Assembly: GCA_965219415.1 (NCBI GenBank) | Contig: OZ244742.1 | Coordinates: forward strand, 1,728,001 to 1,792,000 | Direction of reading: 5' to 3' | DNA length: 64,000 nucleotides | Origin: Candidatus Marinacidobacterales bacterium | GTDB taxonomy: Bacteria; Acidobacteriota; Vicinamibacteria; Marinacidobacterales; DATDRI01 | Part shown: positions 52,835 through 62,657 of the stretch, piece after piece | How the letters are laid out: each line of letters begins with the position of its first letter | How positions within the stretch are numbered: the first letter of the stretch is position 1 | Position numbers and translations under genes: made by a program | The notes under the pieces: generated by a model | Told to the model about the DNA's origin: nothing | Databases searched by the model: none | Seen by the model: the letters and a program-made list of their open reading frames with translations, nothing else

Positions 52835-52927
52835 AAGTAGAACTCAACGTCATCGTCCCAGTCGGTGTGCAGGTTGTTGACCGCATCATCGAGATCATCA
52901 GACGGGCCGACCCACCACGCCACTTCG
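52820..52927 (-). pseudogene. Distal continuation of the 54366..56346 gene beyond IS256
   Basis: Removing the IS and one TSD copy gives ...LLALDSEV-AWWVGPSDDLDDAVNNLHTDWDDDVEFYFYDR in frame. Confidence 0.7.
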
Positions 52928-54365
52928 GAATGTGTGCCACTCTTAGTTGAAATTTGAAACGGCTCCCTCTCGGGTGGTTTGATGACGTTGTCAAAAGCGA
53001 AATCAAGCCGCTCAAGAAAGGAGCCGATATGGGAAGTCTGCTACGAAAGGTCAAGGAAGGCAAGAAGACGCGTCGTCTAGGTGAAGTAGAGGTCATGGAG
53101 CAAGAGGGATACGGGGAGCTTGAGGTGGACTCGAAGGTCGAGATGATCCGCGCACTGGTGCCTCTCGGCCTGATGCAAGTTCACGAGTTGCTGGACGCCG
53201 AGGTCAGTGAGCTTGCGGGAGAGCGATACGTTCGGAAATCGGAGACGGTGCAGGGACGACGTCACGGGACGAATCCGGGCACGGTGAAACTCGCGGGTCA
53301 GCGAGTTCCGATCCGCGTTCCCCGTGTTCGCGGCCGCGACGGAGAGATCCCGTTGAGCTCGTACGAGAGTCTGAGTCACCGCGGAGAGGTGGACGAGTTG
53401 GTTCTACGAAGAGTGCTGTACGGGATCTCGTGCCGGAACTATGAGTCGGCGTCGGAATTGGTCCCGGGCGCGATCGGTCTGTCGAGTTCGTCGGTGTCGC
53501 GCGGCTTCGTCGAAGCAAGCGCAGCGAAGCTGCGTGAGATGCAGGAGCGTGATCTCTCGGGTGAGGACGTGGTGGCGATGGTCCTGGACGGCAAGACGTT
53601 CGCCGACGCGACGATGGTGGTGGCTCTCGGCATCACGTTATCCGGGGACAAACGCTTCCTCGGCTTCGTGGAGACAGACACTGAGAACGAGCGTGTTCTT
53701 AGGCCGTTCCTGCGTTCATTGGTCGAGCGGGGTCTCGATATCTCTGAAGGGCTGCTGGTGGTCATCGACGGCAGCAAGGGGCTGCGAGGAGCCGTGACCA
53801 AGGCCTTTCGCAGGCGGGTCGTCGTGGGCCGTTGCCAGTGGCACAAACGAGAGAATGTCGTGAGCTATTTGTCCAAGAGCGAGCAGTCGTTGTGGCGCAA
53901 GCGGCTGCAGCGCGCGTACGGCCGGCCGACGCACAAGGAGGCGCTTGAGGCCCTCGAGCAACTCCACCGCGAGCTGGAAGAGAGGAATCAGTCTGCGGCC
54001 TCTAGCCTCGAAGAGAGGCTGGAGGAGACCCTGACCTTGCATCGTCTTGGCGTGTACGGGGTGCTCGGTCACTCACTAAAGACGACGAACTGCATCGAGT
54101 CCGTCAATGCGCTTATCGAGGAACGTTGCGCGAAGGTCGATCACTGGAAGACTTCGAACCAACGCCAACGCTGGCTCGCGACCGCGCTCACCGACATCGA
54201 GCCGCGCCTCCGGAAGGTGATGGGCTACCGACACCTTCCAAAGCTGCGTGAAGCGCTCAAGCGTGAACTGAAGATCGAGACCGCGAAAAAGAATACGTCG
54301 AGGAAGAACGTTGCTTAAACGAACCGGGAGCCGTGGAAAATTTCAACTAAGAATGGGCTTGACTC
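52928..54365 (+). mobile_element. Complete IS256-family element
   Basis: Imperfect IRs sharing CTTAGTTGAAATTT...ACGGCTCCC; 8-bp TSD CCACTTCG at 52920-52927 and 54366-54373. Confidence 0.93.
52954..54318 (+). CDS. IS256/Mutator-family DDE transposase (start may be ATG near 53029)
   Basis: VLDGK, VIDGSKGL, RCQWHKRENV, TTNCIESVN. Confidence 0.93.
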   Translation: MKRLPLGWFDDVVKSEIKPLKKGADMGSLLRKVKEGKKTRRLGEVEVMEQEGYGELEVDSKVEMIRALVPLGLMQVHELLDAEVSELAGERYVRKSETVQGRRHGTNPGTVKLAGQRVPIRVPRVRGRDGEIPLSSYESLSHRGEVDELVLRRVLYGISCRNYESASELVPGAIGLSSSSVSRGFVEASAAKLREMQERDLSGEDVVAMVLDGKTFADATMVVALGITLSGDKRFLGFVETDTENERVLRPFLRSLVERGLDISEGLLVVIDGSKGLRGAVTKAFRRRVVVGRCQWHKRENVVSYLSKSEQSLWRKRLQRAYGRPTHKEALEALEQLHRELEERNQSAASSLEERLEETLTLHRLGVYGVLGHSLKTTNCIESVNALIEERCAKVDHWKTSNQRQRWLATALTDIEPRLRKVMGYRHLPKLREALKRELKIETAKKNTSRKNVA

Positions 54366-56346
54366 CCACTTCGGAATCGAGAGCCAGAAGGCTCTCTTCC
54401 AGCGGCATCGACCTCCACAGATAGGTCCGAAGCTGCTGGTGGTAGTACGATATACGCCACGCATCGTTACTCGGCCTGTAGTACAGCTTGTTGGCAGCTG
54501 TCACCGCAGGATCGGTTTCTCGGATTCCCTCAAAAGCGGAGTTGGAGAACGCCTCGTCGGTGCCAGTGGCCCGAACCGCTGCGGTGGTGTTTCGTATCGC
54601 TAGAGCGGCCTGCTGCCGGTACGAGTCAACGAACATCCGTCCGTGGTCCGCTGGGGTCAACGCCCGCTTCGACTGGCCGGATTCGTCGACCACATCATTG
54701 ATGCCTGGAGGTCGGTATGGAACCCCCAACTTCTCACTGTGAGACGCTGCCCCTGCGGTGTACGCGGTGGTCGCCCATATCGCCCTGCCGCCGCGCTCGA
54801 CTCCAAGCTGTCCGGCCGCGGTCCACGAGTTGTCCAGTTGGGCCAGCGTTTGCTCAATGTCAAAGAACGGAAGGGAGATGTCCACTCCAGCCGTCCCAGC
54901 AGATCCGTTGGCAAAGTCGAGGTCTCCGTCCGCCTGGAAGTTGGAGTCCACCTTGTCCGTGGTGCTGATAGCGCCGAGGTAGTCGAACCCGACCGAAATT
55001 GTTGAAGGGTTCGCCAACACCTGCGCGATGGCCGTAATCGTTGGTGCATTCGCACCACCGTCCCTTGCCTTGACGGTTATCGTAAGACGTTTGTCCGATG
55101 TGCTTGCAGAAACCGATACCAGTGCCGTTTGCGATGAGCTTGTCGCTATACGAAGAGTCCAGTCGTTTCCGTTCTCTCCGATCTGCGCTGCACCCTTGTC
55201 GGTCATGCTGATTCGCAGACCATTGCCGTCGTCGTCGCCGGCGGTGTAAGCCAGATCGACATAGGCACCGTAGGGATACACCTTGTCCCATGGCTCGCCG
55301 CTGGCGTGGGGGTCGTAGTCGGCCCAGTTCGTACCGTCGTACTTCCGGTAGCGTCCGGTTGAAGTGTTGTAGTAGAACCTGCCATCGAACAAGTACCCGA
55401 TGGGGACAGCAGCATCGTTCGGCCAGAAAAATGCAAAGGTGGATGCGTAGTTGGGGTTGACGATCCGCTGATCGACGTTGCTCACGGGGATGGTCACATG
55501 CCGGTTGGTCAAGTTGAACCGCGTCACCGACCGCGTGGACCCCGCAATGTGAAGCACCTCGTTTTCGTATTCGACGCCGTCGATTACGTAGTGGTCGCCG
55601 TCGACCAAGCCCGAGGGTGCCGCATCCGCTGATCTCAGAATCTTCGCAGCATCCGCAGTGAGTTCCGCAATCGCATCACCGGCAATCGTAACGTCAATGG
55701 TGTACCGGCGGATCGTCAGCGTGAAGGATTCGGTGTGCGACCTTCCAAGCCTCGCCCATATCTTGTTCGCCTCGTCCGACTTTCGGACGAGCAAGGTGTC
55801 GTGCCCGAAGGCGTTGGAGTCCCCATCCTGGATTTTGAAGGGTATGGCCCCGTTGAAGTTTGACGGCGCAGCACTCGCCGCCGTGGTCAGGTCGATGATG
55901 TCCTTGGACGGGACCATCGCATAGCCACCCGCGCCCGCGCCAGCTTCCGAAATACGTAAGGCATAGGGGTATCCCCCCACAATTTCTTCGGTCAGCGTGT
56001 ACTCGCCCCACGAGTTGTCAATCGCTCCCTCATCAAGGATGACCGTCGGGTCGGACAGTTTGGCGGTGGCTTCAATATCCTCGACATACTGCTTGATCAG
56101 TTCTTCGCTGCTGCCTTCTGGAACGTGCCTGATGCGAAGCAGCATATCGCCGTCGGTGAAGGTCGTTCCGCCACCGTCACGAACGGCAATCAGCAATTCC
56201 CTGGTAGTGACGATGGTGGCAAAGGTCACGTTCCTGGCCCAACTACGTTGCCAGTCCGCCATCACAATTCCAAGGGAGTTTGCTCCTGTGCTTGTCGGCA
56301 CTGTTCCAGCCGTGGAGTTACGGGCAACAAGCGTCGCGCAGTCCAA
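54366..56346 (-). pseudogene. Large phage tail/tail-fibre-like protein fragment interrupted by IS256
   Basis: Long G/A/T/D/S-rich beta-type ORF with repeated YYNTSTGRYR / YYRPSNDAWR modules; no clear start or RBS. Confidence 0.55.
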
Positions 56347-56426
56347 TCTTCCGTAGAGAGAGGGCCGAGATTCGTCGAGCCGGGCGATGGCCCGTTCTCT
56401 AGTCGAAACGGGCGCTAACGCTTGCG

Positions 56427-56800
56427 CTACTGATTGTCGAGGTCGGATTGTCTTGTTTGGACGTTGGTGACGAGCGAAACGGTAACACCAGGCTCCCGCT
56501 GCACTGAATAAATCGCCTGAGCCAGCTTCGCCCCACGCCTTCGCAAGGATATCCCTTGGACCTCGGTAACCACGAAGTCGAAGGTGGTTCGCGTCATGCT
56601 CCCAGTGGATATATCGTTGTCGTAAGTCGCCGTGCCCGTGCCATCTGCGTTCACGGCATACCAGCCGACGCTATTGAACACGATGAGCCGTCGCCCGCCT
56701 ATTCCGTCCGGAGCGTTCACCGTCACCCGGCGAGTCGTTCTCCCGTCGCCGTCGTAGATGACTATTCCGAGCCCAACTGAGACATGGTCGTCACCGATCG
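56427..56800 (-). pseudogene. C-terminal fragment of an unrelated beta-barrel hypothetical protein
   Basis: GIVIYDGDG...GWYAVNADGTGT...FDFVV; begins abruptly where ECF homology stops. Confidence 0.45.
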
Positions 56801-57635
56801 ACTGCCACGATCCCACCGGCCGCGATCCTGGTCGGACAGGAGCCGTAGAGAACCATCCCGGGGGGTCGACTCGACCCGGCAGTCGCGCCGCCTGGAGAAG
56901 CATGAGCGCGAGTAGCGCCCGCACCTTGGGTAGCTTCGTCGCCGGCCGACTCGCAACGAGAGAACACAAGCGCATCGCTTCTCCTACGAGATCGTAGCGT
57001 ATGAGGTTTTCCCCCTGATGGGCACTGTAGCCCTCGTTGAACATCAAGTAGAGAACCTTGAGAACGGAGTCCAATCGCTCCGGGATGTCTTCCGGGGCGG
57101 GAATGCCAAACGGCACGTCCTCCTCGCGAAGCTTCCGTTTCGCGCGAACGATCCTTTGGGCCACCGTCGGCTTCTCACTCAGAAACGCGCGAGCGATCTC
57201 GGACACACCGAAACCGCCGACGGTCTTGAGAGTCAAGGCCAAGCGTCCCTCGGGGAGGATTACGGGATGGCAACAGGCGAACATCATCTTGAGTTGGTCG
57301 TCTGCGAGCTCATTCTCAAAACCAGGCCCCGACCCGTGTTCCTTACCATGGACCTGGTTGAGCCACTTCTCGATCTCGGGCTCCTTGTCTCGAAAAGACG
57401 ATCCACGCCGGAGCACGTCGATGGCCTGATTCTTCGCCACTTGAACGAGCCAGGCGCTGGGGTTCTCGGGAACGCCGGAGAAGGGCCATTGTCGCAGCGC
57501 CTTGAGGAGCGCTTCCTGAACCACATCCTCGGCCAGATCCAAGTTAGAAGGCCCTAGGATCCTCGTGAGTGTCGAAACCATCGCCCCGGCTCGATGCCGG
57601 AACAGGTGATCGACGAGCTCCTGGACGTCGGACAT
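56801..57635 (-). pseudogene. ECF sigma factor (ECF42-like, DUF6596), frameshifted and truncated before the TPR tail
   Basis: AEDVVQEA, DDQLKMMFACCHP, QRIVRAK, LYLMFNEGY; alternate frame DGSLRLLSDQDRGRWD; adjacent YciI gene. Confidence 0.85.
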
Positions 57636-57789
57636 TGGATGGCTTCGTGCTCGCTCCCGCTCGTACTAACGAAGTGGATACCACCTCTTCTACCTCTCCC
57701 CCGACCATGGGGGAGCGGTCGCCCGCCCGTGATGGACGCCAAAACAGCGTGTAGCTATCATCAACGTGGCCAGGCGTCGGGTGAGGGGG

Positions 57790-58143
57790 CTAATGTTCCA
57801 GAGGATCATGCTCCCTAAGAGTGACCCAGCCGTAGGTTAGATGCGGGCAATCCTCCGCCAACTTCACCGCTTGATCGTAATTCTCAGCCTCGATGACGAA
57901 GTAACCGGCGATCACTTCTTTGGTCTCGCTATAGGGCCCATCGGTCACTAGGACGCTCGAACCTTCCTTGCGAAGCGCCCGCCCACCCTCGTCGCGCAAC
58001 TTGGCGTGCTCATGCATCTTGCCTTGAGTGAGCATCTTTTCGACCCAGGCGATGTACTTCTGAATAACCTTCTGGTTCTCCTCGGGTGAGTAGCCGTCGA
58101 AGGCTCCCGGCGTTTCATGTAAGAGCATCAAGTACTTGGCCAT
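57790..58143 (-). CDS. YciI/DGPF family protein
   Basis: VTDGPYSETKEVIAGYFVIEA motif; upstream of the ECF42-like sigma factor. Confidence 0.9.
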   Translation of the reverse strand: MAKYLMLLHETPGAFDGYSPEENQKVIQKYIAWVEKMLTQGKMHEHAKLRDEGGRALRKEGSSVLVTDGPYSETKEVIAGYFVIEAENYDQAVKLAEDCPHLTYGWVTLREHDPLEH

Positions 58144-58252
58144 AATCGACTCCTTTCAGTCTCGTGGTTCTCACCCTATAGACGATCGGCATTGCCCCGA
58201 ATCGACACGAGTACCGAATAATCGGAGAAGAGAAACCGGTCTCTCGGCTTTC

Positions 58253-59671
58253 CTAGGAGTCTTTCTTACCGCCGACCATGTTCTCGGGTCGGACCCACTC
58301 GTCGAACTGCTCCGCAGTCACCGCGCCCAGCTCGAGAGCCGCCTCGCGAAGGGTCGTTCCCTTCTCGTGAGCCAGCTTGGCGATCTTGGCGGCGTTGTCG
58401 TAGCCGATGTGGGAGTTTAGAGCCGTGACCAGCATGAGAGAGTTCTGGACATTGTGCTGAATCTTCTCTTTGTTGGCTTCGATGCCGACGGCGCAGTTGT
58501 TCCGAAAGCTGTCGCACCCATCGGCGATCAATCGCGCACTCTGGAGGAAGTTGTAGGCGATCAGCGGTTTGAAGACGTTGAGCTCGAAGTTTCCGGAGGC
58601 GCCGCCGATATTCACCGCGACGTCGTTGCCCATTACTTGGGCGGCCAGCATGGTCACCGCCTCGGACTGAGTGGGATTCACTTTGCCTGGCATGATCGAG
58701 CTGCCTGGTTCGTTCGCAGGAATCGTGATCTCCCCGATGCCGCTCCGTGGGCCGCAGGCCAGCCAACGGACGTCGTTGGCGATCCTGGTGAGAGACGCCG
58801 CGACTGTCTTCAAGGCGCCGTGGCCATGCACCATTGCGTCATGGGCGGCCAGAGATTCGAATTTATTGGGAGCGGTAACGAATGGGTGTCCGCTCAGCTC
58901 TGCGATCTTTTTGGCCGAACGGACCGCGAACTCGGGATGGGCGTTGATACCCGTTCCCACCGCCGTACCGCCGAGAGCAAGCTCGTAGAGATGTGGCAGG
59001 GCACCCTCGAGGTGCTGGACTCCGTGATCGAGCTGACTGACATAGCCGGAGAACTCCTGCCCGAGCGTGAGCGGCGTCGCGTCCTGCAAGTGGGTGCGTC
59101 CAATTTTGACGATGTCGCGGAAGGCCTCCGACTTCTCGGCGAGCGCATCGCGAAGTGCGGCGACGGCGGGAGTGACCCGGGAACGTAGCGCCTCGACCGC
59201 CGCGACATGCATCGCGGTTGGGTAGACATCGTTCGAGGATTGGCATTTGTTCACGTCGTCGTTCGGGTGCACCAGGCGGTCCGGCCCGCGTTCCCCACCG
59301 AGAATCTCGCTGGCGCGGTTGGCGAGCACTTCGTTGGCGTTCATGTTGCTTTGGGTGCCGCTTCCGGTCTGCCAAACGACGAGAGGAAACTCCTCATCGT
59401 GCTTGCCATCGAGGACCTCGGCGGCGGCGGCCACGATGGCCTTGACTTTCTTGGCGTCGAGGAGACCGAGTTCCGCATTCACTAGGGCCGCAGCCTTTTT
59501 CACCAGGATCAACGCACGGATGATCTCCCGAGGCATGGTCTCGGTCGAGATCTCAAAATTCTGCAGCGAGCGCTGCGTTTGTGCCCCCCAGAGCCGATCG
59601 GCCGGGACCTCGATAGGACCAATGGTATCTCGCTCGGTTCGAGTCTTACCGGCAGTCGTTTTGGTCGTCAT
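58253..59671 (-). CDS. fumC: Class II fumarate hydratase
   Basis: [43 protein letters not shown]. Confidence 0.97.
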   Translation of the reverse strand: MTTKTTAGKTRTERDTIGPIEVPADRLWGAQTQRSLQNFEISTETMPREIIRALILVKKAAALVNAELGLLDAKKVKAIVAAAAEVLDGKHDEEFPLVVWQTGSGTQSNMNANEVLANRASEILGGERGPDRLVHPNDDVNKCQSSNDVYPTAMHVAAVEALRSRVTPAVAALRDALAEKSEAFRDIVKIGRTHLQDATPLTLGQEFSGYVSQLDHGVQHLEGALPHLYELALGGTAVGTGINAHPEFAVRSAKKIAELSGHPFVTAPNKFESLAAHDAMVHGHGALKTVAASLTRIANDVRWLACGPRSGIGEITIPANEPGSSIMPGKVNPTQSEAVTMLAAQVMGNDVAVNIGGASGNFELNVFKPLIAYNFLQSARLIADGCDSFRNNCAVGIEANKEKIQHNVQNSLMLVTALNSHIGYDNAAKIAKLAHEKGTTLREAALELGAVTAEQFDEWVRPENMVGGKKDS

Positions 59672-59772
59672 TCTCTCTCCCACTTTCTACCAGCCGAGCT
59701 GGCCCAATACAATTATACGCCACCCGAGTGAGTGAGACGCGGGCGGATGCTATAATTTCACCGAGGGCTTCC

Positions 59773-60234
59773 ATGAGCGAAGACATTTCGTCCGAGCTTG
59801 ATCCAGATTCCATACCGTCGCGTCCAACGTTCATTTACCGAAGCTTCGTCCATTCCGACGACCTCGACTCTTTGAAATTTCTCAACGGCCAGCGATTCAT
59901 CGTCCATGTCGAATGAGCCATCACCGCCTTCTACCGGAGCCTCGGCGTCCCCTGGGATGTCGAGGTGGAAGAAAACCCCGATCAGTGCCAGCACGTGCGG
60001 GAGATCCAGACAACGTTTGCCACTCCGTTTCAGGGCACGGGTGATTTGATCATTCACATCTGGGTAGAGCGGCTGGGCGAGTCGAGCTGCGTGTATGGCT
60101 TTGTCTGCACGAGCCCGGAAGGGCAAAGGGTCCACGCACGGGGAACGAAAACCGTGGTCAAGTTGGATCCGGCAACTATGGAGCCGACACCATGGTCAGA
60201 ACCCTTCAACCGTGGGCACCTCCCACTCCTATGA
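59773..60234 (+). pseudogene. Acyl-CoA thioesterase (hotdog fold) with in-frame TGA at 59914
   Basis: VHSDDLDSL...VHVE*AITAFY...WVERLGESSCVYGF...ARGTKTVVKLD in one frame. Confidence 0.75.
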
Positions 60235-60876
60235 ACAGGTTCTCTCCCAGGGTTTTTCCGCGATCCACTCCGACACCGCAGTCTCCAACGGATCGAGCTT
60301 TCCGGTGAAGAAATGATCGCTGCCGGGAACGACCTTCACCGCAAGAGGCTCGGGGAGTTGCTCCGCGAGTGCGTTAATCTTCTCACCGCTTCCCGAACTC
60401 GTCGTCTTCGCCTTGGACGAAGAGTCGGGGCTTTCCGCTGCCGTTCAGAAACGGAGTATCCGAGACCCGATCGATCGGGAAGCCGAGAGCAAATATCGCT
60501 CGCACTCGTGGATCGTCGGCGCCGACCTTGAGCGCCATAAGCGACCCGAAAGAGTAGCCTCCTAGGACCAAAGGAAGTCCCGGGTACAACCTCTCCAGCT
60601 CATCGAGGGCCGCGCGGACGTCTTCCTGCTCTCCCCTCCCGTTATCATGAACACCTTCGCTCGCCCCCACACCCCGAAAGTTGAAGCGAAGCGCCGGCAG
60701 ACCTTGTGTCAAAAGCGCCCGGGCCGCTCGGAACATGACCTTGTAGTGCATGATGCCGCCGTGGAGCGGGTGGGCGTGGCAGACCAATCCCGCCGCGATG
60801 GGATCATCGTCGGGGGTCATGATGACCGCTTCGAGCCGGCCGGGCCTGAGATCGTAATCGAACGTGTTTTCGACAT
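60229..60876 (-). CDS. Alpha/beta hydrolase, frameshifted near 60390
   Basis: GPAGRLEA, CHAHPLHGG, RFNFRGVGAS, GYSFGS, QGEDDEF; GSDHFF in the next frame. Confidence 0.88.
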
Positions 60877-60960
60877 TGCTGAGATTATGCCGATCGTACC
60901 CGGGAGGATCAATCCAACTCGTTGGCTGGCCGGCACTTTTTGCGCTAGAGTCCGCCTATT

Positions 60961-61659
60961 GTGGTCCTGAAAATCGCCCCACATTCTCCGAAGGATTTCT
61001 CCCTTTTGGCCCCTCTAACGGGTGAGGAAGCGATCGGGTGTGAATTGACTGATCCTGGCACATGTGACCGTGCTCTCGTGGCACGCATGTTGGCGGGCGA
61101 GGAAGCCGCCTTCGAGGAGTTTTTCAAGACCAACTTCCCACGCCTGTACCGGTTCGCCCTGGTCCGCTTGGGCTACGACGAAGATACGGCGGAGGAAGTC
61201 GTGCAAGCAACCTTGTGCAAAGCGATCGGGAAGCTCGATACCTATCGCGGGGAGGCGGCGCTTTTTACCTGGCTTTGCACGTTTTGCCGTCACGAGATGA
61301 GCGCCCACTTCAAAAAATTGAAGCGCTCACCAAGCGTCATCGGTTTAGTAGAAGACTCGCCCGAGGTGCTCTCGGTGCTGGAGTCTCTCGCTCAGACCCT
61401 GGATGACCCCGAGGAGTCCCTGCATCGAAGCGAGATCTCTCGCCTCGTGCAAGTCACTCTCGACTATCTCCCTCCCAAGTACGGCGACGCTCTGGAATGG
61501 AAGTACATTCAAGGCCTCAACGTCAAAGAGATTGCGGCGCGATTGAACATCGGGCCCAAGGCAGCGGAGTCGCTCCTGACGCGAGCGAGGGAGGCCTTTC
61601 GGGATGGTTTCGAATCCTTGATGCGGGGAGCCAATAAGCGGGAATGGATGACACCATGA
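60961..61659 (+). CDS. ECF sigma factor (FecI-like context); start uncertain
   Basis: AEEVVQAT, YRGEAALFTWL, VKEIAARL, ESLLTRAR. Confidence 0.9.
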   Translation: MVLKIAPHSPKDFSLLAPLTGEEAIGCELTDPGTCDRALVARMLAGEEAAFEEFFKTNFPRLYRFALVRLGYDEDTAEEVVQATLCKAIGKLDTYRGEAALFTWLCTFCRHEMSAHFKKLKRSPSVIGLVEDSPEVLSVLESLAQTLDDPEESLHRSEISRLVQVTLDYLPPKYGDALEWKYIQGLNVKEIAARLNIGPKAAESLLTRAREAFRDGFESLMRGANKREWMTP

Positions 61660-62657
61660 GTGGCGAGGAGCGAAGAGAGCGAGAGGACGCGGTCGCCCGC
61701 CTCTTGCAATCTGCCGCACCGCGTCCCGCTGTGCCGGCGGAAAGGGCGGTACGCGTGCGAGCCGCGGTCCGCGAAAGATGGACCCAGAAGGTGTTGTGGC
61801 GACGACGACGCAAAGGAGCACTGTGGGGATTGACGGTGCTGGCGACGGCTGCGACCGTTCTTCTAGGTTTGCGCATCGACTATTGGAGCCCGGCGGACGT
61901 CGTTATGAGTCCGCCCGCCGGAATCGTGGAGTCCATGAGCGGCACCGTTCGACGCGTCGAGTCTGGCGCTCGAACCCGTGTGGAAGTCGGCGACACGATT
62001 CCTCCCGGTTCTTGGCTGGAGACAGAGGGGCGCGGCCGAGTGTCCGTTCGTCTCGATTCTGGAGTCTCGCTGCGCATGGACGTTGAAACTCGTCTCAGCC
62101 TCGATTCCCCTTCCGTAGTTCGCTTGGATCGAGGGGCCGTCTATGTGGACACTGGCGTGGGCCATGAGGGTGGGCGCGCCCTTGAGGTTCGCACCGAGCT
62201 GGGTGTGGCTCGGGACATCGGAACGCAATTCGAGTTACGCCTTCGAAACGAAGACATCTCGGTGCGCGTCCGGGAAGGGATGGTCCAACTCTCTCGCGAG
62301 GGCAAGACCCATGACGCTCCCGCCGGGAATGAAGTAAAGGTGAACGCAAGCGGCACGATCGAGCGCCGCGCCTTACTACCACACGGAAAAGAATGGGACT
62401 GGATCGCGGACCTCGCCCCTCCTTTCACCTTGGACGGCGCTTCACTCGAAGAATTCCTCGGCTGGGTCACGAGAGAGCACGGTTTCCGCCTGCGCTTCGA
62501 CGACCAGACGTTAGCCGATGCTGCCTCTACCATTCTTCTGGAAGGACCGGCGCTTCACATGACGCCAGAAAGGGCGCTGCGAACCGTGCTTCCCACCTGT
62601 GGGCTGAGCCATCGCATTGAGGACGGCACGCTGTGGATTCAGGATTCCGAGCGTTGA
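61656..62657 (+). CDS. FecR-family anti-sigma factor
   Basis: Single TM helix, LRMDVETRL, LDRGAVYVD, RDIGTQF, VRVREG. Confidence 0.85.
   Translation: MSGEERREREDAVARLLQSAAPRPAVPAERAVRVRAAVRERWTQKVLWRRRRKGALWGLTVLATAATVLLGLRIDYWSPADVVMSPPAGIVESMSGTVRRVESGARTRVEVGDTIPPGSWLETEGRGRVSVRLDSGVSLRMDVETRLSLDSPSVVRLDRGAVYVDTGVGHEGGRALEVRTELGVARDIGTQFELRLRNEDISVRVREGMVQLSREGKTHDAPAGNEVKVNASGTIERRALLPHGKEWDWIADLAPPFTLDGASLEEFLGWVTREHGFRLRFDDQTLADAASTILLEGPALHMTPERALRTVLPTCGLSHRIEDGTLWIQDSER

Noticed and set aside
56427-57635. Novel ECF sigma factor fused to a beta-barrel domain (402-aa ORF)
   Set aside because: ECF42 homology continues in a different frame (DGSLRLLSDQDRGRWD), so the single ORF results from an indel plus a deletion junction.
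59914-59916. In-frame TGA in the thioesterase as a second selenocysteine
   Set aside because: Context VHVE*AITAF fits the hotdog-fold E-R-A helix, so CGA>TGA nonsense or a base error is simpler; no Cys motif and no clear SECIS.
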